A DNA stretch of 64,000 nt from a virus. Taxonomy: Duplodnaviria; Heunggongvirae; Uroviricota; Caudoviricetes. Where the stretch lies: IMG/VR virus record IMGVR_UViG_2690316121_000006. The stretch is one strand, 5' to 3'. Positions 31,644 through 43,100 of the stretch are shown here, piece after piece (the first letter of the stretch is position 1; every line of letters begins with the position of its first letter). Under the pieces are notes generated by a model. It saw nothing but the letters and a program-made list of their open reading frames with translations. It did not search any database and was not told the origin of the DNA. A program made the position numbers and the translations under genes.

Positions 31644-32486
31644 TCAGCCGCGAAAACCAGTTGGAATATAAAATTCCTTTTCTTTTCTGGTAGATAGGAC
31701 CATATCCAGAGCCTCGTTTACCGTCATGCAATGCGGCAGATTATCGAAGTTTGATATCCCGCCCATATCAGGAGAACGCTTGTTCTTCAGGTAAGCATAT
31801 TTCCGCGCTGCCGCCTCTACTTTCTGCTTGAACTCATGTTTTTGAGCGCGTTTTTTGGATAACCGCAGATTGTCAGCCTTTGCTTTTGCCTCAGCGATCC
31901 AGGAAGTCAAATTTTTGAGCCTGGTCGTTCCGGCACCGCCGGAAACTGATCTTTTTGTTTTTTTAATTTGTGACTTCTTATTCTTTATTGCCACGTCATC
32001 CTGACAGGGGGAGGGGGTATCATTTTGACATGGGGGTGTGGATAAAAAATCAAATAAAGCCAATGTCTTAGCGAGAACAGCTTTAACCTTTGTTGCGGCT
32101 GAAGAGATCTTTAATTTGCTTTCAATTAGCGCATTTTTGGCTTGTTGAGCAAAGGCTAAAAAGGATGGTGTAAACCGGTACAGGTTAGCGCGGCGTTCAC
32201 GGTGATCGCCGATAATAATCTCTACCGACAGGATTCCTTTGTTTACAGCTTCACGGAATGCGCGAACGACGGTTGATTGGCTATAACCAGTTTCTGCCGC
32301 GATCATGCGGTGAGGCTTGTGAATGAAGTATTCACTGGTTGTTGCCGCGAGATTTGCACATTGCGACAGGATATGCCCGGCACTACGGGATAGACCGGAG
32401 TGTGTTACAAAGCAGGCTAATTCATAGCCAGAAAAAGTAAAATCGCTCATCGTTATACAGCTCAGGAAAGTGACTTTAGCCAGCAT
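31644..32486 (-). CDS. HTH protein, lytic replication protein RepL-like
   Basis: 280 aa with HTH (IAAETGYSQSTVVRAFREAVNKGIL); second gene of the operon headed by the KilA-N gene; the RepL assignment is by position and size only. Confidence 0.5.
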   Translation of the reverse strand: MLAKVTFLSCITMSDFTFSGYELACFVTHSGLSRSAGHILSQCANLAATTSEYFIHKPHRMIAAETGYSQSTVVRAFREAVNKGILSVEIIIGDHRERRANLYRFTPSFLAFAQQAKNALIESKLKISSAATKVKAVLAKTLALFDFLSTPPCQNDTPSPCQDDVAIKNKKSQIKKTKRSVSGGAGTTRLKNLTSWIAEAKAKADNLRLSKKRAQKHEFKQKVEAAARKYAYLKNKRSPDMGGISNFDNLPHCMTVNEALDMVLSTRKEKEFYIPTGFRG

Positions 32487-32515
32487 TGCAATGCTGGTGG
32501 TTCTTACTACGTCTG

Positions 32516-33316
32516 TTAGCGCGTAGCTGCGACAGGTACCAGCACACCAGCATCAAGCAATCGCTTCATTAGCCACTGCTGACCTTTGCCGGTTATACGA
32601 GTCGTGAAAGAAATCCTGCTTCCGTTGCTTGTGTCGATCACGGTTTCTTTGAGGGTGAAGTACCCACGGGATATGTATTCTTGTTTGGGGACGTTCCTGC
32701 GTTCACCGGTTGCGATCAGAATTCCGTTATCACGCAACCAGGTGAAGAGATAGTTTTGGCCCAGGCCGAGCACTTTGGCATAGTTGCCGATTAGAACCCC
32801 GCTGGCGGTAGCAACGCGTTCGGCGAATTCGACTTTAGGTGCATCCATAAGCATTTTTTGCTCCAGCCGTTGCTTTTGCTCTGCCAGGTCGGCAGCCAAA
32901 CGGAGAGCTTCAGGGAGACTCTGCGGAATAGCAGGTTGTAATCTTCCGGCTCGATAGTCGATAAATGTCTGGTTTACCTTCAGCCGAAATGCGGGAGAAA
33001 TCCAGCCTGCGTACTCCACAGCGAGCAATTCATGGGCAAAAGTGCCGCCGCCACGGCCTTCGAACGAAACTATGCACTTCTGCATAGTTTCTTTTTCAAG
33101 CTCTTCGATGAGCTGTTTGGCTGACAGCGTTCTTAGCCATTGAGCTGGCGCTTTATGGGCACCGAGTCCGCTCGCTCTGTGTAGAGCATTAAGGTTGTAA
33201 CGGCCAGCGCGGTCGGTCGTAATTTCAACACCACAAATAACAGGCAGAGTGGTTGAAGGATCGACATTTTGATGAAGGTTTGATATATTCATATCCGCAT
33301 TGAATGTTTGTTGCAT
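32516..33316 (-). CDS. kilA: KilA-N domain protein with KilA-C/antirepressor-type C-terminus
   Basis: 266 aa; N-terminal KilA-N pattern, C-terminal half paralogous to the C-terminus of 33481-34524. Confidence 0.65.
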   Translation of the reverse strand: MQQTFNADMNISNLHQNVDPSTTLPVICGVEITTDRAGRYNLNALHRASGLGAHKAPAQWLRTLSAKQLIEELEKETMQKCIVSFEGRGGGTFAHELLAVEYAGWISPAFRLKVNQTFIDYRAGRLQPAIPQSLPEALRLAADLAEQKQRLEQKMLMDAPKVEFAERVATASGVLIGNYAKVLGLGQNYLFTWLRDNGILIATGERRNVPKQEYISRGYFTLKETVIDTSNGSRISFTTRITGKGQQWLMKRLLDAGVLVPVAATR

Positions 33317-33385
33317 TTTTTCTCCAAATTTGCATCAACCTTCAATCACCAGCTCGAAATGGTGATTCTTTGCACTTAGAAAACG

Positions 33386-33402
33386 AAATTTATTAGAGCA
33401 AA
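33386..33402 (-). promoter_or_regulatory. C1-type operator (16/17)
   Basis: Plus AAATTTATTAGAGCAAA; reverse strand reads TTTGCTCTAATAAATTT, about 70 bp upstream of the KilA-N gene start. Confidence 0.55.
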
Positions 33403-33445
33403 TTTTTCTGACTCGATCCAGATCGGGTTGGACGATCTGCTCAGA

Positions 33446-33476
33446 AACCTGCCAGTTTGCTGGCAGGTTTTTTTCT
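33446..33476. terminator. hairpin with T-tract (orientation ambiguous)
   Basis: AACCTGCCAG-TTTG-CTGGCAGGTT followed by TTTTTTTC on the plus strand, between the antirepressor gene and the operator. Confidence 0.4.
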
Positions 33477-33480
33477 TTTG

Positions 33481-34524
33481 TTAACCTATTGCTACTGGTT
33501 TTAACAAACCAGCATCAAGTAGCTTGCGAGTTAACCACTGCTGGCCTTTACCCGTTAATTGTGGCGTCAGCCGTATCTGATAGCCATTTTCATCATCCAG
33601 CACCACTTCTTTCACCGTGAAATACCCGGCGTTAATGTACTGCTGGCGCGGTACGTTTTTGCGCGCACCAAAAGCCATGAGAATGCCGTTCTGGCGCAAC
33701 CATGAGAAAAGGGCGTTTTGCTTAAGTCCAACGACCTTTGCAAAGTTACCGATCAGGATTCCATTAGCCACTGATACCCGGTCGGCAAAATCGACTTTAG
33801 GTGCTGCGGCCACCAGCTGTTGTTCCAGATGCATTTTCTGTTCTGCCAACTCGGCAGCCAGGCGTAGGGCTTCTGGTAATGTTTGGGGGATCGATGGGGT
33901 AGGGGAGTTTGCCTGCTGTAATTCTTCCAGTTTGTCGATCAGCGAACGGCGGACCGCTTTTGACTCGCGCGCGGCGACTCGCAGGGCTTGTTTGTAGGTC
34001 ATGGTTATGACCTCAAAAGAGCGCCCGGCCCTTGTGCCATGGGATTTTACGAAAGTTTCGTAAAATTCCCCATCAAGTTCATCCTTAATTCTATTGAGAA
34101 AATCGTTATTGCGGATCTCATTTTCCCCACATAGCTTGCGCGCATCATTAACCATCTTTAACAGCGTCTGGCTGTCGATTGTGTCTCCAGTGTTGGAGAT
34201 AACATTCACAGCTGGTGATGGCGTAGCTGACGTAACAGGTGCTGTTTTTTCAACATTCAAATTATTACCGGTCATTCTATGTGCCTCCTTTCTCATTTCT
34301 GCTGCCACTGTTGCGTAACGTAGACGTCCTTGTTCAATCAAATAATCCCTGATCTCGGCTATCAGTAGCTTGTTGATCACAGCCTTATCTGTTCGGGTAT
34401 AAAAACGTCTGGTTATCATGAAATAGTTGGCAATTGCGCCGGGGATCTCCCGTGTCGGCATACAGATTGTATGCAAGGCGATCGCTTCGGCTATTTCATT
34501 ACGGGTGACGAGAGGTGTTTTCAT
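33481..34524 (-). CDS. antirepressor (Ant-like; N-terminal Rha-type region, C-terminal KilA-C)
   Basis: 347 aa; C-terminal ...PQTLPEALRLAAELAEQK...GNFAKVVGL... paralogous to the 266-aa protein; start overlaps the stop of the upstream small ORF. Confidence 0.6.
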   Translation of the reverse strand: MKTPLVTRNEIAEAIALHTICMPTREIPGAIANYFMITRRFYTRTDKAVINKLLIAEIRDYLIEQGRLRYATVAAEMRKEAHRMTGNNLNVEKTAPVTSATPSPAVNVISNTGDTIDSQTLLKMVNDARKLCGENEIRNNDFLNRIKDELDGEFYETFVKSHGTRAGRSFEVITMTYKQALRVAARESKAVRRSLIDKLEELQQANSPTPSIPQTLPEALRLAAELAEQKMHLEQQLVAAAPKVDFADRVSVANGILIGNFAKVVGLKQNALFSWLRQNGILMAFGARKNVPRQQYINAGYFTVKEVVLDDENGYQIRLTPQLTGKGQQWLTRKLLDAGLLKPVAIG

Positions 34525-34742
34525 AAACCCCCCTGAACGTCGGCAGAGAAGGGGAGGTTCCAGTAACTAAGTGAATTGCGCGAGTCAGTAGAAAAACGGG
34601 CAGTAAAAATGCAGGGGCCATCAGGCAATTGAGAGCGTGCTTCGTCTTCTGTTGCTGCGATAACGAAGTGATAGTGGTGTTTTTTACAGGAATAGAAACG
34701 CCAGATAAATTCAGGGCGCGCGCAAGGATTGGCATTAACCAT
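34521..34742 (-). CDS. small protein, Icd-like by position
   Basis: 73-aa ORF overlapping the antirepressor start, downstream of a structured non-coding leader. Confidence 0.4.
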   Translation of the reverse strand: MVNANPCARPEFIWRFYSCKKHHYHFVIAATEDEARSQLPDGPCIFTARFSTDSRNSLSYWNLPFSADVQGGL

Positions 34743-34794
34743 AGTTACGGCCTCACAATCAGGTTTAACAACCTGCTACCCGCTGCTAAACAGG

Positions 34795-34875
34795 TGGCAG
34801 GACGTGACGGGGTTAGCAGACTGGCGATTGTGAAACCAGCAGGCCGAAGCCTCCCCATCACGCCCCACCATAATT
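34795..34875 (-). ncRNA. candidate c4-like antisense RNA (boundaries approximate)
   Basis: ORF-free leader containing a GGCUUCGGCC tetraloop hairpin and a UCUGCUAAC element complementary to GUUUAGCAG repeats that flank it upstream and just before the small ORF. Confidence 0.3.
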
Positions 34876-35056
34876 TGGGCGTAACGCGGTTTTACGGACA
34901 CAAAAATACCGCAATATCGGATATCTGCGGCTGTCCGCACAATCATTCAGGCTGCTAAACCCGGTCGCAGAATTTGCTACGACAGCGGAACTATAAGCCT
35001 GAACGATTAAAAGGTCAATATGATGCGAAAAGATAGCATTCGCGACTTAAAAACAC

Positions 35057-35073
35057 AAATTTATTAGAGCATT
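35057..35073 (-). promoter_or_regulatory. C1-type operator (16/17), Op51-like
   Basis: Plus AAATTTATTAGAGCATT; sits at the head of the reverse immunity operon and 70-100 bp upstream of the forward AT-rich module. Confidence 0.55.
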
Positions 35074-35169
35074 GATTGTATAATAAATACACAAATGGAG
35101 CTAATAACCTCTTTTTTTTAAAGGCGAAAATATGTACCCTAAATGGGGTATAAGGCAGGTGAGGTTTTA

Positions 35170-35808
35170 ATGAGAAAACTATTACTACCGTTATTATTTA
35201 TGGCTGGGACTGTTAATGCAGCATCAAGTGTAAAGGAGATTTGTACAGATTATACGAAATACCTTGGGCACGTTTACGGTTTCACTGTCAGTCAGGACGG
35301 CAAAATGAAAAAAGCTCTCCAGAATGATATGACACGCTTAAGTTTGTCTGAAGCAATGGTTCAGCAAGAAATGTATAAGGTTGCGACAGATGATGCTGCA
35401 AAAATGTATTATTCGAAATTTCTTAATCCTAATCTTAATGAATATAACCGTTCGGCTTTTAATCAGATGGTAGCGTATTGTGAAACTGCACCAGATATGA
35501 TGATTCCTAGTTGGGCTGTATTAGTGGCTAATGGAAAAATTCGCAAAGAAGACCAAGGAAAATCTTTAAGTAGCTATATAAATAGCGAACAATTTCTGAA
35601 TGCGCGTGGCATGCGTACTCAAAATACTCAAGGTGCGCTTGAGCGGAGGGCTTTAGGGATCGCTGATACAAATGATACTGATAATTTGCCCCCTGGAATA
35701 AAAAAATGTGTTGAAACTAAGTTAGCTCTAATGAAACGGGACAGCCCTAACATTCCTGTTTCACAACTTACCGCTACGGCAACTAGTCTCTGCAAAGACG
35801 GGCTTTAA
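35170..35808 (+). CDS. secreted protein, unknown function
   Basis: Start MRKLLLPLLFMAGTVNA-A (Sec signal) with AGGTGAGG RBS; ORF track begins 27 nt earlier; AT-rich codon usage. Confidence 0.5.
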   Translation: MRKLLLPLLFMAGTVNAASSVKEICTDYTKYLGHVYGFTVSQDGKMKKALQNDMTRLSLSEAMVQQEMYKVATDDAAKMYYSKFLNPNLNEYNRSAFNQMVAYCETAPDMMIPSWAVLVANGKIRKEDQGKSLSSYINSEQFLNARGMRTQNTQGALERRALGIADTNDTDNLPPGIKKCVETKLALMKRDSPNIPVSQLTATATSLCKDGL

Positions 35809-35872
35809 ATGTAAAGATATTCGAAGAAATGTTATTTTAAGGCGTTTTATCTGTGACTGGAGATAGCTAATC

Positions 35873-36223
35873 ATGTCATCTGAACATGTTCGTAAAGGTG
35901 TAACAAATGCGAAATTCAATGAAGAGCAATCTAATATTCTCTTTATTGAAATAGGAATTCTGTCAATACTGATAGGTTTAATGTCTAGATCATGGTGGGC
36001 CTTTGGCGGTTCTTTTCTTGGACTGATTTTTAGTTTAAGAATAAAATTTCTGGCAATACCATTGATGATTGTCTTTAGCTTAGTATGGGGAGCTATTGGC
36101 TATAGTATTGGTACTTTGTTTGAATCAACAGCAGCAAGTATTGTTTTGGGGGTAATTGCTTTCCTGAGTGGCTTGGGTACTCATTTTGCTGCCGTGCAAT
36201 GGGCAAATGATATTGCAGAATAG
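35873..36223 (+). CDS. small polytopic inner-membrane protein
   Basis: 116 aa, three or four hydrophobic helices. Confidence 0.5.
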   Translation: MSSEHVRKGVTNAKFNEEQSNILFIEIGILSILIGLMSRSWWAFGGSFLGLIFSLRIKFLAIPLMIVFSLVWGAIGYSIGTLFESTAASIVLGVIAFLSGLGTHFAAVQWANDIAE

Positions 36224-36245
36224 TTACAGATAAGAAGCGAAAAGA

Positions 36246-36722
36246 ATGAATATGAGATGGTTTTTATTATTTGTATCGTTAGTTTCAGCAGGATCATTTG
36301 CAAAAGTTGATCCTCTACAATGGAATGTAATTGAAGAGAGAGGGGGAAGAGAATATACAATCCATAATCATAATGGTGATAAGATAAGTTTTTTATGTGA
36401 TATGGGATTCATGTATGGTTCACCAGATAGTGCAGGTAGTTTAGGCTTGTTGCTAAGTTCGTCGAATAATAAAAAGGAGTATAATGCTGACAAGAATAAA
36501 ATAGTATTAACTATAGATGGTGAGCAATATCCTTTTAGCAATCTTGGGTCAATGGTTGGAGATTCTTGGTGGTATGCCTTTTGGCAAGATGCAGCAGATT
36601 CAAATGCTAATATGATTGATGCTTATGTTGATAATGAAAAAATTGCTACATTCCCTCTTTCTGGGCTAAGTAAGTTGTATCAACAAGCCAAAATGGATGG
36701 ATGTATTAAACGGGGCAAATGA
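36246..36722 (+). CDS. secreted protein, unknown function
   Basis: 158 aa; N-terminal MNMRWFLLFVSLVSAGSFA signal peptide. Confidence 0.5.
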   Translation: MNMRWFLLFVSLVSAGSFAKVDPLQWNVIEERGGREYTIHNHNGDKISFLCDMGFMYGSPDSAGSLGLLLSSSNNKKEYNADKNKIVLTIDGEQYPFSNLGSMVGDSWWYAFWQDAADSNANMIDAYVDNEKIATFPLSGLSKLYQQAKMDGCIKRGK

Positions 36723-36763
36723 TCTTTCTGTGTTAAAGACTAACGCAACCAATAAAACATTGG

Positions 36764-37831
36764 TTGCGTAATATTCTATTATATAGATGGAATAATATGA
36801 CCAAAATTACTAATTCTAATGAGTTGGAGTTACTGTACAAACAGTCAGTAATCATTCCATCATACAAAGATCACGTAGCGATTTTGCAAAAACAATTAGG
36901 AATAGAAAAATATTCTTTTCAAAATATGACAAGATTGAATAGACAAGCTGTAATTAGTAACTCTCTTCGGAAACAATTGGCTAGTATGCCGAACTTGGCT
37001 GGAATAGGCAGCAAGTATCGTGAACATATCGCGATTTTACAGAAACAGACTCAGGCTCTTTTTCCTCATGACGCAAATAAATACATTCAAATGCTAAGGA
37101 AACAGGCAGAAATTGCTATGCCGTTGCGAAACCAGTTAGAGATACTTAATAAACAGGCTGGTTTAAATAACATGCAGGCGATGCTTAATGAATTAAGACA
37201 ACATGTAAATTATAAGACAGATTTTAATAATGGAATAGCACTATTATTAAAACAATATACTCTGGCAAAAGGTTCTCCATTGCATCAAGTAATGGAGCAA
37301 GGTCTTTCATCTATTGCACAGGCTTATGCTGAAGGTGCTACTGAAACATCACACACGAAAAGTAATGTTCAAAATAAAGGATTAAATAAATATAGCTCAA
37401 AGTTTGTTGATTCATTTAAAGAGCTTCCTTATCCACTGCAATGGTTACTAATGGTTATATTTTCTCAAGTTGTGTTTGGTGCTTTTATTGATTACGGAAA
37501 AGAGAAAACCTTGCTGGGAATACACAAGGCAGAATCATATGTTATATCGCTGTTTGAGGATAAACCAATATCAAAACAACAAATAATTAAAGAAAACAAA
37601 GAAATTAGTTGGGAAGATCTCAATGGTTTTCGTTTTATAACTGGTGAGAACGTAAGATTACACGTCAGTCCGTCTATAAATAGTGAGGTTATTGAATGCA
37701 TTGGCAAAAATACTATAGTGGCTGTTTTAGATAAAAAAGATCGCCAATGGCTTTTCGTGCAGGTTAAATCAGGGGACGAGTTTATTACTGGATGGATTAC
37801 ACGAACATACACAAAGCCTCTTAAGGCTTGA
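36764..37831 (+). CDS. repeat-TM-SH3b-like protein
   Basis: 355 aa: about 22-aa periodic repeats with LxKQ cores, one TM helix (LQWLLMVIFSQVVFGAFIDYG), C-terminal bacterial SH3-like segment (...VRLHVSPS...GDEFITGWITRTYTKPL). Confidence 0.5.
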   Translation: MRNILLYRWNNMTKITNSNELELLYKQSVIIPSYKDHVAILQKQLGIEKYSFQNMTRLNRQAVISNSLRKQLASMPNLAGIGSKYREHIAILQKQTQALFPHDANKYIQMLRKQAEIAMPLRNQLEILNKQAGLNNMQAMLNELRQHVNYKTDFNNGIALLLKQYTLAKGSPLHQVMEQGLSSIAQAYAEGATETSHTKSNVQNKGLNKYSSKFVDSFKELPYPLQWLLMVIFSQVVFGAFIDYGKEKTLLGIHKAESYVISLFEDKPISKQQIIKENKEISWEDLNGFRFITGENVRLHVSPSINSEVIECIGKNTIVAVLDKKDRQWLFVQVKSGDEFITGWITRTYTKPLKA

Positions 37832-37928
37832 ATTTTATCACCGTATCTTGGGGCTGGTTGTTGATGACGATGTGCTACTTGACGTACTTGAGTTTTTTAA
37901 CGCAGCATCTGAAATGTGCAGACTGACC

Positions 37929-38551
<623 letters not shown>

Positions 38552-38561
38552 GGGGGCTGAT

Positions 38562-39173
38562 ATGGGGCTTAATGTTGCTTCAGTAAAGTCTTATGTATCT
38601 TCGGCATTAACGACGACATTATTTGGCTCCGGCGTTGGTGAACGGGAAGTTGGTAAGCTGACGTCAATCATCATGAACAAAATGCTGTTCGCGCAAGGAT
38701 GGCAGTTCTCTGTCGAAGTTGATGGTCTGGAGGGGGCAGACTTCTTTGCTAAAGACATTACCTACCACGATTACAGCATCGAATATGAAACGATTAAAAT
38801 CGGCGGAGGGAATATCCTTCAGCCAACGGAGCGTTCGCCAGGGCAGATAACAATGATGGTCAGGGATACCGTTGATGGCCTCGTTTTGGACTGGTTTAAG
38901 ACGGCAAAAAGTCGGGTGATCAATCCTGACGGCACCGGGAACATACCATCTAAATATTTGCTCAATGTGCGTATTTATCGGTTGCTGTCCTCCGGTTTAA
39001 CCAAACTGGAAAATGAGATGACGGTATTCCCGGTCACTACCGGAGATGTCACCTATGCGCGGGATCAGGTTACGGAATTTAAGTCATTCCCAATGACCTT
39101 CGCATTGCACAGCACGTTTAACCAATCCTCAAGTTCTTTGGCTTCCCTTCTGGGCTTTAGCTTTTCTCTTTGA
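38562..39173 (+). CDS. tail-module protein
   Basis: 203-aa ORF. Confidence 0.45.
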   Translation: MGLNVASVKSYVSSALTTTLFGSGVGEREVGKLTSIIMNKMLFAQGWQFSVEVDGLEGADFFAKDITYHDYSIEYETIKIGGGNILQPTERSPGQITMMVRDTVDGLVLDWFKTAKSRVINPDGTGNIPSKYLLNVRIYRLLSSGLTKLENEMTVFPVTTGDVTYARDQVTEFKSFPMTFALHSTFNQSSSSLASLLGFSFSL

Positions 39174-39187
39174 ATTAAGGAGCAAGG

Positions 39188-40069
39188 ATGCTTTTACCTC
39201 TTTTCCCGCTACCATCGCGGCCAACTGAATTGATCCAGTTCCGTCAGCCAAATATTGCTGATGCGATGCGTTTCAACTCGATAACACCGGAGGAACAAGA
39301 ACAACAGACAACGGCGTATTTAAAAGCCTTGCTGGCTGAACCCGCGAAACATGATCCCCTGACATGGACAGCGCAGGACCGGATTACCGCGTTATGGTGG
39401 ATATTTACCGGCTCCCGTGAAACACCGGTCGAGACATTCACCTACACCTGTAAACATTGCGGTAAAGAGCATTATTACGATTGCGATATGAATGCCCTGG
39501 CTGAAGATATCCAGGTCCTGGAAGCGGAACCGTTCATTGACGATATTGAGGTGTCTGTAGAGGGAGTGCCTTATCAATGGCGTATCGTGCCGCTTGATGG
39601 TTGGGCAATGGAAATGCTGGAGATGCGCCGTGCAGCATTGCCACCTGAAGACGACGCGGAATTCAAAGAAGCGATCGTTGATTTGCGTTTTTGGGAATTC
39701 GCTTATCAGTGTGAGCTTTATAACGATGTTAGCGGTACTCGTGAAGATCAGGCTGAGCGTCGTTATGAAACGATTAAACGGATGGCCATTGATACTGAAT
39801 TTATGAAGCTGGCGGCACACATCCGACTGGCTCATGAAAAGCTCGAACATGGTTTGCCGTGCTACATCGATAAAGGTGAAATGCGTCTTCGTCTCCCGCC
39901 GCATAAATGCCCAAATCAGGATAAAAAGGAGTCCACAGAGGGTGCATATACCCGTCTGTGGGTGCCCTTTCGGGCTACCGACTTCATTCCACAGGTGGGG
40001 ATTGAAAAGCTATCAGACCTTAGTGTCCAACCTGGTTTTGTATGGGGGTATACCGATTCAGGACGCTGA
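39188..40069 (+). CDS. tail-module protein
   Basis: 293-aa ORF. Confidence 0.45.
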   Translation: MLLPLFPLPSRPTELIQFRQPNIADAMRFNSITPEEQEQQTTAYLKALLAEPAKHDPLTWTAQDRITALWWIFTGSRETPVETFTYTCKHCGKEHYYDCDMNALAEDIQVLEAEPFIDDIEVSVEGVPYQWRIVPLDGWAMEMLEMRRAALPPEDDAEFKEAIVDLRFWEFAYQCELYNDVSGTREDQAERRYETIKRMAIDTEFMKLAAHIRLAHEKLEHGLPCYIDKGEMRLRLPPHKCPNQDKKESTEGAYTRLWVPFRATDFIPQVGIEKLSDLSVQPGFVWGYTDSGR

Positions 40070-40150
40070 AAGGCTTACTGAATCCTATGCGTTTTTCCTG
40101 TTGGAGAAACTGGAAGAAAAACTTAAACCGAAACGGTAGGCGATAAGATC

Positions 40151-43100
40151 ATGGAACGAAAAAACGCCAACATTGACGATGTTATAAGGACAGTTGAAAC
40201 CGCCAGCGCAAAAGAGCTGGAAGAGCTTGCAGGTATCCGGGAAGCTGTTGAAGATTTGAAAGGGGGGCGCGTTGCAACTGTTGATCCTGTCTCTCGCAGT
40301 GTGTCGGCATTAAATCGCACAATCGAAAATTCACGGCCAGACTTTGTGGCCAATGCGCCATCAGTGGACCCTATTGTTGAGGCAATGAAACGGCTTAACT
40401 TAGGGGACGTTTCTCGTGTAGTTCAGGAAGATGTTGCTCAACAGGAACAGCGGGCCAAATCAACCACACCAAAGGGTAAAAAACGACGCAGGAAGGCTAT
40501 ACCAGAGGATGTAAAGGCACAACGGACCGAAGCAGCCGAACACGCTCGCGAAATGTTCGGTCAAAAAGGCGGTGCGCAAAAAAGCCAAAACCAACGCGAT
40601 GCGCGTGGTCGTTTTATTGGGAAGTCAGGGAGTAAGGCCGCAGCGGAAGATGCCCGTGCTGAACGTGCTGAAAAAGCTAGGCGCAAAGAGGATGATGAGC
40701 GTCTAAATGCTGAATCGGGTTTATTAAAAAAACTGTCAAAAGTAGCTGAAGGCATAGGTAACCCTTCAGAGACTCGTGCCGTCGATGCTTTAGGTTATGC
40801 CGTTGCTGGTCCATTGTGGGCAGCAGGAAAGGAGCTTGGCGGAATATCAAAAGAAGTTGGCGGTTCGCTTAATGGTGCCAGAAAGTCAATTGCCGATGTG
40901 ATTCGTGGCAATGACGATAACAGCCGTAGAAAAGGTTTTTTTAGGCGTAAATCGCAAAGTAGTGCCGATGTCGTTCAGGTTAACACCCAAAAACGGACGG
41001 TTCAGGAACTTCAGGATCAGACCAGCGAAATTAAAGAGGGCAATGACAAGATTCTCAGCGCCCTTGATCAGATAGCCAAAAACACCGGGAAAAAGAAGGG
41101 CGGCTTGCTGTCCAAATTATTTAGCCTGTTAGGGAAGGGGGCCGGTGGTATTGCTTCCCTTATTTTTGGCCGTGGGGCACTAAAGAAAGTTGGCTCGATG
41201 GCACTAGGCGCTTTAGGTATAAAAAAAGTTGCAAGCTTATTGGGCTTTGGTGGGAAAAAAGCTGCTGCCAAAGAAGCTGGCGAATTGGCTACTCGCGGTG
41301 CCGGAAAACTTGCAACTAAGGGATTGGAGAAACTAGGTGTTAAGGCTTTTGCAAAGGGGGCTTTACGCGCAATTCCGCTAGTCGGCACGGTGGCTGGAGG
41401 TATCTATGATGCGGTAACCGGTTGGAATGATACAGAAGCACAACGTCGGACCTTTGGGCTTAAGGATGGGGAAGATCCATCTTTTCAGCAAAAAGCGGCT
41501 TATACACTGGCTAACGTTCTCGATATGGGAGGACTGGTATCTGGTATTAGCAATGCCATTGGTGGCGTTCTCAAATCACTTGGATTTGAGGATATCGGCA
41601 ATATGTTGCAATCATTTTCGACGGAAAGTATTGCCCAGGCCATTGATAGTGGGATTACCAATTTAGAAACATATATTTCTAACCTTGGTGACACCATATC
41701 CACAACATTCAACGATTACACAGCCAAGATTGGCGATGCTATTTCAGCCTGGTTCAGTGACACAACCAAGAGTCTGAACGAAAAATTAGACGCCATCAAA
41801 GACTTCTTTACTGTCGATAACCTGAAAAAGGTTTTCAGTGATGCAATTGATAGTGCAATTGATTTCATTAAGAACCCGGGAAAATACATTAAAGAGGCTG
41901 GTAGTAATCTATGGAATGCCGCAAAAGAGCTTCCTGGTAAGGTTGCCGATGCCGCTGTTCAGAGCACCCCTGTGGCCTGGGTTGCATCAAAGCTAGTCAA
42001 CAAAGCGGATGCGAAAGAGGTTACACCTGAATTAAAAACACCAGCTAAAGAAAGTCAGGAGGACAATGCTCCTAAGACTGAATATACCCCTAAAAAGGCT
42101 AATATTGTCACTCGTGTTGTAAATGCATCCCTAGAGACGGCGAAAGATAGCAATAAAACAGTTAAAGAAACTGCCAATCAGATTATCAATGCAAATGCCG
42201 TAGAAACGGGCAATCGAGCGTTGCAGAAAATTGATAATGCTATTGGTCAAAATAGCTCATCATCATCGTCGCTTAATACTACTGGCACTAGGAATGACAT
42301 TCAGAAAGCTGCGGATACCTACAACAATGGCAACTTAGATGTAAAAGTCGGAAGCCTTGGCGCTGAAGGTAAGGCAAATCTGGATAAGCTGGCTCCGTAT
42401 TTTGCTGAACTAGAGAATAAATATGGCCTTCCTGAAGGCACTCTTTACTCGATTGCGGCAACTGAATCAGGAGGGGATCCTAACGCAAAGTCTCCGCTTA
42501 CAAGATCACCAGATGGAAAGTTAAGTGGTGGCGCACTCGGGATGTTCCAGTTCACGAGTATTGCTCGTAAAGAGACAGGGATATCGGAACAGGATGCTTT
42601 TGATCCTGTGAAATCGGCAGAAGCTGCGGCTCTTCTCATGAGCAAGTATCTGAAGCAAGCCAATGGAGACTTAAACGAGGCCATCACTGCATATAACGCT
42701 GGGTTTGGCACTATTAATAAGTGGAAAAAAGGCACAGGTGACTTATCGAAAGAAAACCGTGAGTACGCGATCAAGGTCAATACTCATCGTGCTCGCTATT
42801 TAGGTGGTGAAATCTATACACCTAGAGCAGGAACACAAGGGGGAAGACCGCAACAAAGTGGCCAATCACCAAGAATGGATAACCTTCCTGAAAACGCCTT
42901 TGTTGATCAGTCTACGGGCCTGGCGTTTACCCCTGGCCAAAATCCGTTTGAAAAAGGGGGATTAGTAGACCGGATTGGTGAACTTACGGGGGTGAACGAT
43001 CTGGCCAGCAAATTCCTGAATGGCCGGGGTATGCGTCGGGAAGTCGTTCAGGGAACGCTCGAAGAACGTGCACGAGGAAGGGGAACCGCAACGGCAGCTG

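Noticed and set aside
39392-39904. 170-aa reverse ORF
   Set aside because: Fully antisense to the 293-aa tail-module gene.
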